Assembly: GCA_964658305.1 (NCBI GenBank)
Contig: OZ210885.1
Span: forward strand, 7,626,001-7,690,000
DNA: 64,000 nucleotides
Direction: 5' to 3'
From: Leptogorgia sarmentosa
Taxonomy: Eukaryota
Shown: positions 22,701 through 37,300 of the stretch, piece by piece
Layout of the letters: the number at the start of each line of letters is the position of its first letter
How positions within the stretch are numbered: position 1 is the stretch's first letter
Made by a program: the position numbers and the translations under genes
The notes under the pieces: generated by a model
Database searches by the model: none
The model's input: the letters and a program-made list of their open reading frames with translations, nothing else
Told to the model about the DNA's origin: nothing

Positions 22701-24587
22701 GATAAAAATAAAGTAATTAGCGGAGGCAACTATTATCACGCCCATATGCGACTCCGCCCAAAACTGTTATCAACCAATTTGTTATGACATTAATCTTGTA
22801 CCTGTAGAAGACCACAGTCTAGTGGCCGAAAGCTTGTCAAATAAATTATTTTTGGTCAGAGAACGACTCATTTTTGTGTAAAAGGTAATTGTTTACACTC
22901 CTATCAATCAATTTGTTATGACACATTTGCATTTGAGATATCATGTGATCTCTGTGATAGAATTTATTTGTGATTCCATTTTAGTGAGTTTTCAGTTTTG
23001 AAAAAGTAATGCATGTAAATTACACGGACATTCCGAAGTTTTCATGCTGCAGTTTAAAGACAACAAAAATTCTTAGCTATATACGTATACTGAATACCGC
23101 ACACTATGACAATTATGAAAATAGGCATGCTTTGCAATGCTGTATCTCGCCAATTCGCCAATATTGAATTCATACATTTAGTAACTAGCAGCTATATTCC
23201 AACATGATCATAGTAAATATGATGATTTCAACCACATCAACCTTTCCGTTATTTGCACTTGACTGGCTAATAAGATTCAAGATCAAGTACATTGTTTTTG
23301 TGATTTACATCATATGTAAATATTTTTAGTTAATTGGTGAGTCAAAGTTTAAGTGTGAGAATGTGTAAGTCAGAAAGTTTGCATGTGAACGTTAACTTTA
23401 AACGTCAGGAATAAAAGTTGGAAATTGTTTGCTCTACCGTGTTTTATCCATCAAGTAAGGAGCATTCCCTTTGCGACCTCGACGATCCTGCTGTTCGTGT
23501 TGTGTGTAATATAAAGAAAGAGGCTTTGTAATTATTATATTGCACATTTTTCATGTAGGCAGAAGGAGAAAATGTAAGATTTTGAACCATATACATGCAA
23601 CCTTATAACTTTGGGGATAACTGAGATGGCGCCGGCTGTTATCAAAGCGTTAATGAAACGCGTCGAATTAAATATTATTCGTTGTATTTTGAACACATCA
23701 TCAGTCATCGTTTGCCTCTCGGAATACTGATAAATCACGATATTGTGCGACAGCCGAATTCAATAATTGTTTTATTATTCAGTTTGTTATTTATGATCTC
23801 TTGTCACTGGAACTTCTAGGAACTCGTTCTATAACTGCCGCAAAAACACAGCATCGAGGAGGTTATTACAAACAAATCACGCAAATAAATCGTTTAATTC
23901 AAAGAAAAAAAATATAACAGAACAGACAGTAAAGCAAACTGTAGTATCTATGCCGGTGATTGAACAATTGAGTAGCTTAACGTCAGTATAATAATTATAA
24001 TTATATTGCTCTGATGGTATTGCGATGTAGCAACGAAACGTTTACCGAAATAGACTCTATATAAACTTCAACCTTATTAAACTTCATTTTTTCTCCCGAT
24101 AACTGAGTTATAAGGCATAAATAATGCAGAATTGTTGTCACTCAATTGTTTTGAAATCGGTGAATACCAGTACAAATTTCAAATTTTTGGAGGAAATATG
24201 CTGCACATTAACAACAGCCCAATAGTATTACCGCGTACATAAAGCGCTAATAATTATATAAATTCATTAAATAATACATGCACCATTTGAAATATAAAAA
24301 TCGGTTAGAAATCATTGTTTTACATTCCCTTCCGGGTCAACAACCAATGCGGGGCTCGTCGAAAGAAAATATTTAAAAGCTAGGAATGCTGAAATCGTAC
24401 AAAACGTTTTAGCACATTCAGGCTCAATCTCATGTCTTCCAGAAAGCCATACAAATGTTATGCATGAAAAAAGTGCATTTTCCTTTAAAATGGCACTTTT
24501 GTTACAGTCGCGAATTTTGGGGGAGCACCATGCTCCCAGTGACCCAAAGTCCTACGCCACTGCGTACAGCTAAAAGAATGGAGGTTG
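19739..24587. repeat. Giant inverted repeat: arms 19739-22017 and 22259-24587, ~240-bp spacer
   Basis: Arms are reverse complements with scattered substitutions and one ~50-bp indel; mirror ORFs 20588-20791(+) and 23535-23738(-) are nearly identical. Confidence 0.97.
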
Positions 24588-24929
24588 TTTCTTGCTTGGC
24601 AACACTTGAGTAAATGCGTTTTTGAATACATGTAAGGAGAATTGTAATTTTCGTCCTAATAAAGTTATTTATTAAAAGAAATAAAAAAAAAACTTCTCGC
24701 GTGTCATTTTGCTGTTAACGTTATAATGCACTCAAGAAATGTTGTGAGAATACTCTAGAATCGCGTAAAACATTCCAATACGCCTGGTATTTTGCGCTAT
24801 TTTTTCCTCGTGGATTCTAACAGCATAATGGCAGGCGACTCATTATTCAATTCTTAAACACTGAATAAAAAACTTTTATCAATAACTCGTATTATTTGGC
24901 TTAAAATATTTTATTCCTGTTATTTAGGA

Positions 24930-27900
24930 ATGAAGATATCTCAACTCCCTCACACTAAAACACTTTCGTCTCATAAGACATTATTTCTTATATTATGCTG
25001 CCTATTTATAATCTCTTGTTTCTTTCTCCTCAACGCGACACTGAAAGGTAAAGAATTAAATAAATTTTAAAATAATTGTAAAAGACTATACTGACAGTGA
25101 TTATTGCTACTAACATGCATTATTATACATTTAATATTTATTTTCGTTCCTGATTGGTCAGAAAGCACCGGCTAATTCTCAGTATTCGGCATTTATTACG
25201 TATATTCCGCCGATGACGTCATCAGCGTCCAATAATTATTTTTTTGGATCGAACTTGCATCCAAAAAAAAAATTATTGTATTCTCTCGTGCCCAAGCCCC
25301 AGCGCTATCAAAAGATTGAAGCTAAAAGCGCGCGAAAAAAACAAGCAAACAATGGCCAGTAGCAGATTTGCTTCGCTGAATGAAAGTGAACTCTCTTTTA
25401 AATGTATAATAAAACAATTATTGGATTCGGCTTTCGCATGATATCAAGAATTATTCAGACCTCGGTCAATGTTATCCGCCTCAGCTTCGCTTCGGCAGAA
25501 AACACTGACCTCGGTCTGAATAATTCTTGAAATCATGCTTAGCCTCATCCAATAATTGTTTATTAAGGGCGCAAAAAGGGTCGATAATTGGCAGGGACCT
25601 AGCCTAAGACAGACGAATTGTTAATTTTTCGTCTGTCTCAGGCTAGCGGGGAACATCTTCATATATTTGAGGTCTGGAATCTAATCTCCTTCAAAGTCGA
25701 TTGTTTGTACAGTCAGTGAACACGAATATTTGAATACCCCCCTCTTCAATTTTCGAACTTTTTGCGTCTTTGCTAAGAATGTATTAAAAAAGTGTAGCTA
25801 GGTTGAAATATCATTCAGACATAGACGTTTAATTACCACGAATTATTTTATTGAGACAAGCTTTTGAGCAAACTGTAGTCTTCGATTAATTCACTCAAGG
25901 GATGGTTGTTCGTAGCCCTTTTAGCTTAAACGGCAGATAAGTCCAATTTAAGTGTCTTTTTCCTTTCAGAGTGAATAGTTTTATTTTAATTATTAAATTA
26001 TTGAATATAGCTTTTTTTCTGGACTTATCCACCGTTAAAGCTGAAGGGCTAAGGAAAACCAAGAGTGACATTAGATGATGTCTCGAGAAAAGACACAGGG
26101 GGACCAACTAGCAGTTTTGTTAGTAACATACAGGCATAAAATAAACTCGCAAGTCGCAAGAATCCACGTTGTGTCAACATCGATAAATAAACTATGAAAA
26201 AAGTGATCGAAGCCTTACCATCTTTAGATTTTCGTAGCCGTGTTTTAGGCGATTACACCCTTTCGAAATGCCTACGTCAGTAAACTCGAGAGTGAGGGTG
26301 ACTCGCTAAGTTTTATTAGTGCAGTAAGACTTGCACTTTTCGCGGCACGCAGTTAGCAGTGACATTGTACATTCTAAAACTTTCAAATTTGACATTCTCT
26401 GCTATATCTGTTTACATTTTTTCATCATAAAGTAAAACAGTTACTGTGACTAATTACTACTTGCTATTACCATTACTACAAAAAAACTAGTACTGTTCAG
26501 TTTGTAATAATTTCACCGCGTTTAACATTGAATTGCTTCGCAGTATTTGTCGTGTGTTGCATTATACGTATGGTTGTTTTACACAATTGATTGATTATTG
26601 ACAATATTCAAAGACGAAATTCTTTCGATGTATCTGAAGCCCTACCGTGGTTCTTATATCAATGAGAATGGAATATTTACTTTCAAACAAAGAGAATAAA
26701 AACTTTTATTATATGGCTTTTCAAAATTCTCTATTCTTTTTGGTTCACAAGCGGTCCGTAAAAACCTATATCCGGACCGTGGTCCGTATTTTCCGTATCT
26801 GGACCGGTGTCCCAGATGTCGTTTATCTGGCGGGAAATTTCGCTTCGCAAACAGAAAAGATTTTTGCTTTCTAATTTTCCAATTTAAGATAAAAATTTTA
26901 TACAACCAAATTGTTTTAGATTGAGCATGTATTTCTGCCGTATACTGTTACCCAGTGGAACTGATGATAGCTGATTTAATTCTCGAGAAAAGCATATGCT
27001 AAAATACTCAATTCAGCCATATAGCTAATAAACAGTTTATTGACCTCTCTCGTTCGGTCTGTTTTTTTTGCATTTACCTCGCTCCTTCGTAGCTCGGTCC
27101 TTACTAAAAAAACCTCGGTCTGATATTTCACAGTACAGACCTCACGCTCGTTCAATAACGCTTTATTATTCGTTTATCCGGCTATCCGTTTATTCGGTAT
27201 CCGTTTATCCCTTATCCGGTTATCCGTTTAGCCAATATCCGGGTATCCGTTACCAGGTATCCAGCTATCCGGCACCCGGGCATTCTACCATGCCGTTCAA
27301 CTATTAGTACTGATGGTACTTTAATTACACTATACTTGTGTCAACGATGACCTTATGTACAGCAGGCGATCCGCTGCAATATATCTTGAAAGTAGCGAAA
27401 CAATTTCCTTTTTCTATTCATTTTTTGTAGGTAATTCACAGATAACATTATCTATACCCAAACCACCAAGTATGAACAATTACCATGACCCTGCAGACAC
27501 CAAGTCTGGTAATTGTCTGAAGAATTACTTTGAAGATATTCTACTGATTATCATTTACCACTTTCCATTTTACGATTCCATATCCTTACTGGAATCTTTT
27601 TACAATGAAGCATTCACAAATATTGTGATTTGTGGTCCTAAATCCAATTCCCAGCAACACATTATGGTTGTTGATCTTCATCGTGGATACTATGGTTACG
27701 AATGTGTTGGTGAAGCGATACGTAGGTATGAAAATTTTGAGCAAAATGCACTTCAATTAGCAAATTAATAATTATTTTGCTGCATCAACTCGCATTAGCG
27801 TGCGGGTCCGGAGGTTTAATTTCTTTAATTTCCAAATAAAGATTGCATGTCTTCTCCAACCTTGCGATACGAGGAGGACACCAGCTGCATCAAGAATATT

Positions 27901-30900
27901 CATATTTTTGACAAACTTTACATGATTTTGCATACCCACATCTTCTCGCCTCTGCCATGTCTTAGCTATTATAGTCACGTGATGAGATACGTCATCCACC
28001 GGCTGGGAGGTCCGGATAGAAAAATATTTTGTCTCGCTTTTTGAGAAACGCTAAATAACGGATTTATTTATTTGCTGCGCAATGCTATGATCAAATCCAT
28101 AAGAAATTCCAGTGTTGCGAACTAGATTTGAGATCAGTTGTGTTTGTTTGCTTTGTTACTCCATCGCAAGTATGGCTGCCAAACAGCCAAGGCGAAATGA
28201 AAAAATTCCTTCAGTTTTAGTACAATTGCTGCCTTTTCACTCAACATGACAATCAAAAAAGGTAAATTTATTGAAATTATTTCTCTTCTTTTGCATTTCA
28301 CGTTAAAAACAGGGTTAAAATATGCTTTAATACGACACCGAAATATTTCGTTGAAAATGTTATATAAATATAAATCGAAATTATAAATATATCTTCTTTT
28401 ATATAATTAAAAAAAATCGAAAGAGAAATTATCTTTAAACTTATGTGGATCAACTGGTTATAGTATTTTTTTTAAGAAGGATGAATTTAAGTCTGGATAC
28501 ACTGCAGGTTTTCGATATCTATTGCATTTTTTTTCCATTATTAAACAAACATACAAAAGATTTTTTATTTACTTCGGCCATCACGTATTATGGATTCCGG
28601 ACCGCGGTCAAATGTCGTAAAATTCCGCCGCTGCTGCAGCCAATCAGATTGCAGAAAACGCAAGGATTCCGCCCGCTGCTGATTTACAAAAAAATAAACG
28701 GAAAGGGATGTCTTTCAGATTCTCTGTATACTGAAGTTCATATAGTGTATATCAGTATATTCTTGTTTTGCCCAACGGATTTCGTTTGAAATGAACCTAA
28801 AAAGAAAAGAATTGAATACGGTGTTTGAACATGCAAAACAGGAATATGAGAAAAAAATAGAAATACATACATGCATAAACCCCACGCAGGAACAATTCAT
28901 ATTTTTCTGTATATTTTTTTGAAAATGAAGAATATTCGCAGAATATATGTCACACTAATATCAAACTTAAATCTGATGTAAAATATTCGCATAAAATGTT
29001 TTCAAATGTTTTAAAAGGAACTATACTGTAGTTTTATTTTACACAAATTCCGTCTTTCAAAAAATAACATATTTTCAAGCATTATATTCGTTCGTATTCT
29101 TTTAAATTTAAAGTTTTTTAGTATTTTGAAAAACATAGAAGGCAGCGAGGCTACAATTCAAAAAAAAACGCTAGGATTCCGCCCGCTGCTGATTTACAAA
29201 AAACTAGAAATACATAAATGCAGCAACCCCTCGCCTTACTAACCAAATAAATAAATGCAACTATATTTTTGCAACATGAAGTACTTCAAAGGCTGCCTGA
29301 GGTTATTTTCATGGCAACACGATCAGAAGATATTATATTTCTGGAATTTTTTGAAAACAGTCAAAATTTATCAGCATTTATCATTGATTTATTAGCATTT
29401 TTTTAAATTTGGAGAACCATTTGTTATCCGTACGTTATTAGGACTAATATAAACTAGAAATTGGTGCAAAATACTACATTTATTTGCATAAAACGTTTCA
29501 ATTAAATATTCAAGTCAGTCTTTGATATGAAACAATTTCCAGCCAATGTTCGCTCGTGTTCTTTGGGGTAAAGTTTGTAAATATTTTGTGAAGTCTTGCC
29601 TTTAAAAACATAAACTTATACTCTAGAATTGAGCACTGAATAGTTAAATATCCTCGTTGAACGTTAAATATCCTCACTCTATTGTTTTTGTCCAATATCC
29701 TCACTCATTTGTTTACCCGAAGTGCATTGGAAGCATAATGAACGACATAACATTCATCCAAGCAGAGCCCATCTGCTTTCACAGCAATGCGCGCGGCATA
29801 AATTCACACATATCATTTCGCAATACATATATGTTTCAAACTTAGGATGTTTATGTGGGCTTAAGAATTTGTAATACATTTTTGTCAACCTAATGCCAGC
29901 CATTCTTTCCGTGCGACAGTGCTCCTTCAAGGTGTACTCAGAATAAGACCGACGTATTATATTTCTCTTTACTGACGAATAAGGAAGCGAGGTGAATTAA
30001 GGTTTCTTTAAGAGCATTCCACAATTTAAAATTATATATTTCGCTTCTATTGCAAGCAAAAATACCCGATACTCATTTCTTTTAATTTTAGCCTGAAATA
30101 TGAATGTGAAACCACTAGTTTTAAGATGGCCGCTATTTTTATATTTTCTTCACATGATAGTAGCTATGCAATGCCTCGTAGTCTTTAGCCAATCACAGTT
30201 TGAAATATCACAGAATGAATGAACGGTCGTTAATTTCTGCATGCTGGTGTTTCTAGGTATCCTGGTTACCGTGGTTATTTGTATATTAATGACGACATGG
30301 TGGTTAATTGGTGGACATTTTACAATCTTGATAAGGAGAAGTTTTGGTTCGGTGCGAAAATTGTTGACAATAAGTGTCATATATTGGGAAGTCGACCAAT
30401 ACTCAAAAATTGGCCTTGGTGGAGCAAAAAGACTTCATCTGCGAAAGCTTGCGAAGATTCATACGCAGAAATCATGCAAAAGTATAATTGCTCAAATGAA
30501 TACATAAACATCTCAAAATTGGTAAAAACGCATCTTGATAACGGGAAAGGAGTTAAGCGTTGTTTTAAGACATGGTCAGATCTATTCTATGTACCTAGAA
30601 AATTCAGTGATCAGTGGCAACGACTTTCCTCAGTGTTCTACAAACATCGAGTGTTCTTGGAAGCTGCTGTGCCAACCATTATGAGTTTCTTGGATTCACG
30701 AGACTCCTGGGAAAAGCATTATGGTCTGTATTTGCCGGATAAATATGGCTACATTAACTTCGCTGATGGAAAATTAGTTTGGAAAAATTATAACTATGAC
30801 ATTAAATTTATACATCCCGTTAAATTCCATGGGGACGTGGCCAAAACAAATAGGAAAAAGTTAAAAGATGATATAATTCCATTTTCTAGGCGGTTCACGA

Positions 30901-30908
30901 AATGTTAA
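24930..30908 (+). CDS. Type II membrane glycosyltransferase-like protein, STELLO/DUF288 C-terminal-like (exons 24930-25047, 27431-27725, 30257-30908; 354 aa)
   Basis: Exon 1 MKISQLPHTKTLSSHKTLFLILCCLFIISCFFLLNATLK is a signal anchor; both GT-AG introns are phase-consistent (phases 1 and 2); motifs FEDILLII, GYYGYEC, RYPGYRGYLYINDD, SDLFYVP, VFLEAAVPT, HPVK. Confidence 0.85.
25120..25565 (+). mobile_element. Non-autonomous Crypton-like element with terminal hairpin (intron 1)
   Basis: Stub MASSRFASLNESEL from 25352, followed by a ~160-bp imperfect palindrome AAACAATTATTGGA...TCCAATAATTGTTT. Confidence 0.5.
27165..27281 (+). repeat. Degenerate short tandem repeat (TATCCGN)n
   Basis: Repeated tatccg-type units in intron 1. 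Confidence 0.7.
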
Positions 30909-33900
30909 CATCGGGATATCGACGAATAGTTTAGATAGTCTAGTATGAAATACACCCAATAAATGTATAATTTTACCGTCACATAGAAGAACATAATAAT
31001 ATGAAATGAACATTTCTCTCAACGCTACAATTGGATGCGTTCTGTCAGCAGGTGCTCGTGTTGTAAACGTAAGAATATACTAGCTGATCATGTCATGTGA
31101 CAGCAATTAAACAATCGTAAGTACCAGAGGGGGGAGGATCCACGATTTCCAACCGATTTTTACCGAACGTCGCTGTTGTGAGAGGATTGCTTGTTAACGG
31201 AGTCCGTTGGCATTCTCCCATAGGAAATTCTGGAATTTTCTTTTAGTCACTACAAACTTGTGATTTTAAAAAATAACGTTCTATTTATCTACTTTGCCCT
31301 AAATAAAATCAGTTTCGATTTTCATGACTTTCTATTTTAGATGATTCTCAGTAATGCTTTGGGACAAAACAGTACTTTTATTTAGTAATTTTAATGTCGC
31401 TGCCGAACTTACCGCGGGAAATTTCACAAAAATACATTGACCTCAATATTTACATTTCATTTGCATGCGTGCCAATTGAGCAAAATTTCTGATGCATTCA
31501 ATTTACTACAGTATTTTGAGTGTGCGAATGTATGTGCGAATTTAGTGCCACCATGATAATTGAAAAAATGCTTAAAATCAGTTCCAATTTTGATATTTCT
31601 CTATTTTAGATTATTCGTCATTATTTTTTGAAAAAAATTGCACACCACTGGAAATATTACAAATTATACATTTCCTGAAAAATGTTGTAGAAGGATTTCA
31701 TTACATTACATGAAATGACGCCAAGTCGATGTTGTGTCTATACATGTTAAAAATTAGGAAATTCAACCCCATACTTTCGTGCGTTAACACGTGTCTTTTA
31801 TTTCTAAAAAATTTATGAACTAATTTTAAAATGCAACATTAATCTACCTATAAGCTTCGGACAAAGCGCCAGTACCAAATGGCAGCGATATCGCATCAAT
31901 CAAGGAGCACGTGTAGCTAAAACCTCCGATAGCCACACGGGAAAATTCCCTACAATATTATTTTTTCACTTTATCAAGAAAGTTTGGATTATAATTCGCT
32001 ATTAAGAAGATTTTGTGGTTTTAATTTTTTTTCCATCGATGTGTAAATGTGTTGCGAATATTGTGAAACATTTGCTTTCCTGCCAACATCAAGGCAAATT
32101 GGGTGTTGCAAAATTAAATTGCAGTCCATCGAGCAGTACATTATTCCGAACGCGGTGTAATTTCTTCTTCCGAACTCGACGATGCTATTGAAGCGAAATT
32201 TTTAAACGAATTGAAACAATGTAGTGTGTATGCGAAGCGAGATTTGTCAGAATCGTTATAAAATCAAGATGACTGTATAAAACTACCTTTGATAAAAAGG
32301 ATAATTGTGCTCACAAGTGGTAGCAAAAATTACCCTTCGTCTTTTCAAACTTCAGGACAGTTTCTGTTCGCTGTCTACTTATATTCGCTTCTTCTCGTCC
32401 TCCATTGCTGTGGCTGGCGGAGAGAAGTTATGCCGTCAAGACATGGGCTGGTTTCAAGTGGGGCACTGATATGCATACACGGCGGATCTAGGATATTGAA
32501 TTAAAATCGTGGCAGATACTGGGTTTTATTGCTGCAATCTGTGGCACTTTTACAGCGGTTTTTGAGTTTGCAGTGATTAGATTATTGATAGATGATAACG
32601 TGAATAAATTATTTTTAATTCTCTTTAGATGGGTAGTACGATTTTTTCCAAAATGTTTTTAAATCGAAATCTAAAACCCAGGTAGAAAATTATCCAGGGT
32701 GACGCAGGATTATTGTAACGGCTGTTGTCAAAATTCTACAGTGACCATGCCATATCCCCCGCCTTCTTCTCCTGGGCAGATCTGATTAGTTTGATATGGT
32801 TGGGGACAATAATAGGAATAATATTCTCCTGCTTTCAGTCACTAATTCGACGTCGCTCAATATTCTTTGGACAATTGGTGAATTTTAACTTCATTTAAAG
32901 ACGGAATTTTTTCGTACAAAATTTTGTTTGGAAACCGCGTGTTAAGTCTTTCATACTCAAAGTTTGATTTGCCTATCCAGTACAAGAATAAATTAAAAAG
33001 GTTTGGATTAAATGCGTTTAATGATTATTTAAAAAAGTAGCACAACTGGTACATTTTTTACTGATACAAAAATACTGCTACTCCATGAATACTCATACTA
33101 ACTGTACAAAAGAGAAAGTACGGATTTCTGTAACTACGTACGTGTCCTTTCCCAGTACATTGTCTTTTTTAGAGACTATTAACAACATCAACTACCTCTA
33201 TTTCTTCTTCTAATTAATTATTGATACAAATATTCTACTACATTTACTGACATGAATATACTCATACAGGAAAAAGTGGAAGGTTTTACAATTTTAGATC
33301 TTATTTTTAACTACAGGCGATATAAAAATCCATGGTATATGCGAGAGTTAAACCCGAGTACCAAGGCCGTTAGCCAGATGTATCTCGCTAACAGCCGAGG
33401 TTCGACTGCTTTAACTGACTTACTATATGATTGACAAGGTTTTCCCAAGAAAAGAGTTTGGAAAAATGCGCTTTGAAAATATGAGAGTATGCGTTTAATT
33501 TCCTTGTGTTTTTAGGATTGAATTAGGTGTGTCCTTTTAAATCCACAGGCTTTATCCAGATAAAGCCCGGCAATAGCGGGATTTTATCAGGTATTTATGC
33601 TGATACAGGTCTATGAACAACATAGAAAACAGCGTCAATCATATAATAACGAGAATTACAGCTCTTCCTTTTTCGTTTTATCAATACAAAACTGCTCCTA
33701 AGCTGATTTTGCCAGGCTGGTTCTTGCTTGTTAAACCAGGCTGAGATGTTAGCAAGTAAAGAATTACGAAAAGAAAATGGTGTAAGATTTTACACAAAAT
33801 TCAAATGTTACGCTTCTATAACAATATTTTATCCAAAACCATCACCATGCAAGGAAATCCGAGCACTGTTACGTATTTAAAAAATTCAATACAGATTCAC

Positions 33901-34348
33901 AAGGTAAACTAAATTATTTCGAACGTTTGAAATTAGAACACATTTTCTCTTAGCCTTTTTTATTGTTTTTCCGAACTTCTTTTATCAAGGAAACGTATTG
34001 GAAAGAAATTAATATTATTGAACTCTGTCCATCTTTAAAGTACACACAAGAATCGGACATAACTTGCGATATGTTTGTACTCCTGTGACTGAACGCATTT
34101 CATTGGTTGACAATAGTTGTCGCTATAACTAAATCTGAACCTCTACAATATATTTTTGATCAAAAATATTGACTTTGGTTACATTAGTTGAGAAAACGAT
34201 CAAAACCCGGGGAGACCGGATCATGCGAATTGACACAGGGATTTCATGCCGGAAATTTAGTCGACGAGATTTGTCACCTGAGCTGATTTTTTTGGCCGAC
34301 ATGTAGGAGGCAGAACCCCACTGTTCACAGATACTTGTACATGCCTTT

Positions 34349-37300
34349 TTAACTAAGGTTTAGTGGGAGAGGTAAATAATGATCAACATTATGAATTTCA
34401 AAAGGTTGGATAACACCGCTTCCCCTGAACAACAGAAGTAGCCGTTTGGAAGGAACGAAGAAGAAATGATCAACATACCCTACGCAAATGGAAGTAATAA
34501 GTTTTCCATCAGACACGTCAACGAAGTGGATTTGGTCGAAGGGTCGCCCCATGAGGAGGCCTAGTTTGGAGTCAAGACAAATAGACACTCTCCAAACTGG
34601 GCTGAAACCTAGAGGTAGTAAAAATTTCTGTGTGCCACTTGGGTGATCAAAGGAATATCGAAAACATGACAGACCATGAATTTCAGAATTTGACAGCAAC
34701 AAAACACGTCTAGAATTCTTAACCCCAGTTAAATACCCGTAGTCTATTGGGTCGTCAAGCGTTCCGGTCCAAAATAAATCCCAGTTCTTGTCACATCCTA
34801 TTTCCCATAACTCAAGATAAGTTGATCCATGTATAAGAACAGCGCATCCATCAGTGCTTATTGCAACCTTAAGCTGGTAAATCCAGCTGTCATTAACCTT
34901 TGAATCGAGTATTTGCCGAGGTGAAAGATTTTCGTGAACAATTTTCGAAATACAAATTTTGTCATCCATTTGAGTGACAAGCACACTTTCCGCAAATTTA
35001 AGAACTTTACCTTGACAATCAAAAGACCATTCCCCAACACAATTTCCTACAATTTGCGTCTCAGTTGCGTTATAAGGATATTTAACTACTACTAGACCCT
35101 CACAAACTACCCAGAGATACAACTTTGACCACCAGCAAGCGATCGGAGTTTGTTTCGGTTCAACAATTTGCAATGTTCTCCCGTTGTCAACGTTCATGAT
35201 TTTCAAAACAGGATAACCATAACTGCAAGCTACAAACAAATCATCTGGAGACAATGCACAGATTATAGGATATGCTTTGTTGCTGATAAAAGGAAAAGCA
35301 AGAGATTGAGATGATCTTTCTAGCGACACAACAAAGACGAGATGGCTATTAAAAGAAATAAGAAAATTGTTTCCCCCCAAATTCGATATGTAATTGACAT
35401 GTCGATAGCTCGGTAAACAACTCATCTGAAAGATATCAACGATCTCCCCGCTAAGACAGTCGTAAACTACCAATGATGTGCCATTATCCGTTGACACTAC
35501 ACACTTTCTACCATTCCATGTAAAAGCTTTTGAACAATATTTACTTGCACGACAAATGTCCTCACCAGTCGGCAACTGCCAACAATCTTCAATGCCAAAG
35601 CTTTCATCGTCATAAACAACATCTGGCGAAATAAGTTGAATGCAGTTTTTATATTTAGCTGAGCGAGCTATCTCAACTCGTTGCAACGTTGTTGAATCAA
35701 AAACATTAAGCCTACCAAATACCTCAAAAACGAGAATATAAGAATCGTAGATACTGAGGGAAAGTGAATACCTGGTGAGTCCATGCTGACTTTTCACTAA
35801 TAGCTCTTTCGTTTTTACATCCCACACTTCAATCGATTTTTCTCCAAATGAAACAAGTCGTGTTCCAAATGAGAAAAACGAACAGGAATAAATTTGGTCC
35901 GGACGATGTTGGATGAAAGGAACTTCACTTTGATTCCTAATAGAGATGCAACTCTGGAGTGAATTGAGTAAAAAGTAGGAAGAATCTGGAGAAAATACAA
36001 TAAATGGCCGATATATGTTCTCCGCAGTCACATGCAGCTGGAAAATGAGTTTAAGACTTGGTAATTCATAAACTACCACTTTTTCTCTGTCTCTACATGC
36101 TAGCAGCTTATTGTCTGGGGAGGATGATATTGCTTCCACTTTCAACAAAGCATTCGAAATAATTTGACAGGAATTGGTTTCTTTTGTCACTTTCTCAAGC
36201 CAAATTGTTTTATCCAGTATTTCACTTGCATCTTTCATGGAAACAGTGGAATTGTGAACCAAACCAAACATTTCGTTTGCAAAACATTGCAAATATCTTT
36301 CACACAATGATGTCCTGTCAAGGTCAAACATGTCAATAATGTCAAGCATTTCATATAAATGCATAAATGTATAAAGTTGAAAAAGGCGTACGAAAAGATG
36401 GTCAGGAAGTCTTGATTTGTATTCCAGAAGAATATGACACAAAAGTAGGGATGACTTATCCATTGCCAGATTAAAATATTTCAACTTTAGATAATTTACC
36501 TTGACGTTCAAAAAGAAATGAAAATCCTGTATATCGCCAAACTTCAACAAATATTGCCAACCCTTCTCCAGTGCATACTTTTTCATTGGTGAAATTTTGA
36601 ATTCTGAAACTGAACTTAAGGAATCGATGTCCATGTACACCTTCTTACAAGCATTCCAAAGACGCTTTCCGCCATCTACAACATCTGCAGCATACGCATG
36701 CTCCTCATACCCATCTAATCTCAGCCAATCCCACAATGACTTATGGAAAACAGTTAGACAATCATCGTAAACTGGAAGAATTTCTGACATTATCCCGATA
36801 ATCGCTTCGCGTATTTCAAACTGCTCATTGGACAAACCCATGCAAGTAAAACAAAGCCTAAGTGGAAGGTGTCCCACAGATGCAGCGACGAGGTTCAGAA
36901 AAGTCTTAAAAATACTTACCTCTGTATTCCGCTCAAAACGTTGAAGTTCTTTTTTCAAACGTTCGAACTGTTTTTTGTAAAATCCGGAAATACCCTGAGG
37001 GGCATACCTAAATACGTTTTGCTTAATTCCTAAATGCTTTACCTCATTTACTAAGTAATAAGCGTAAAGAAACGAACCATCACAGTTCTCTACAATTGAC
37101 GGTACAACATGTTTGCCAAAATGTGGCAAACAACACATAACGAACTGCTCCAAGTCATGCTTGTGCTTTTTGTTGTTAGGATGTATTTCTACCAGATTAA
37201 AGTGTTTGAGTTTCTTTCTCACTTGCAGCTCAGGTCTGCTCGTAATGAAGATTTTAATCCATTTTGGCAGCTGGGGAAACTCGTCAGAGATCAATTCTAA

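Noticed and set aside
20588..23738. Twin 67-aa ORFs on opposite strands
   Set aside because: Explained by the palindrome; non-ATG start and no recognisable domain.
27355..27430. N-terminus of the listed 137-aa ORF
   Set aside because: Intronic; the pyrimidine tract and AG at 27429-27430 mark the real exon start at 27431.
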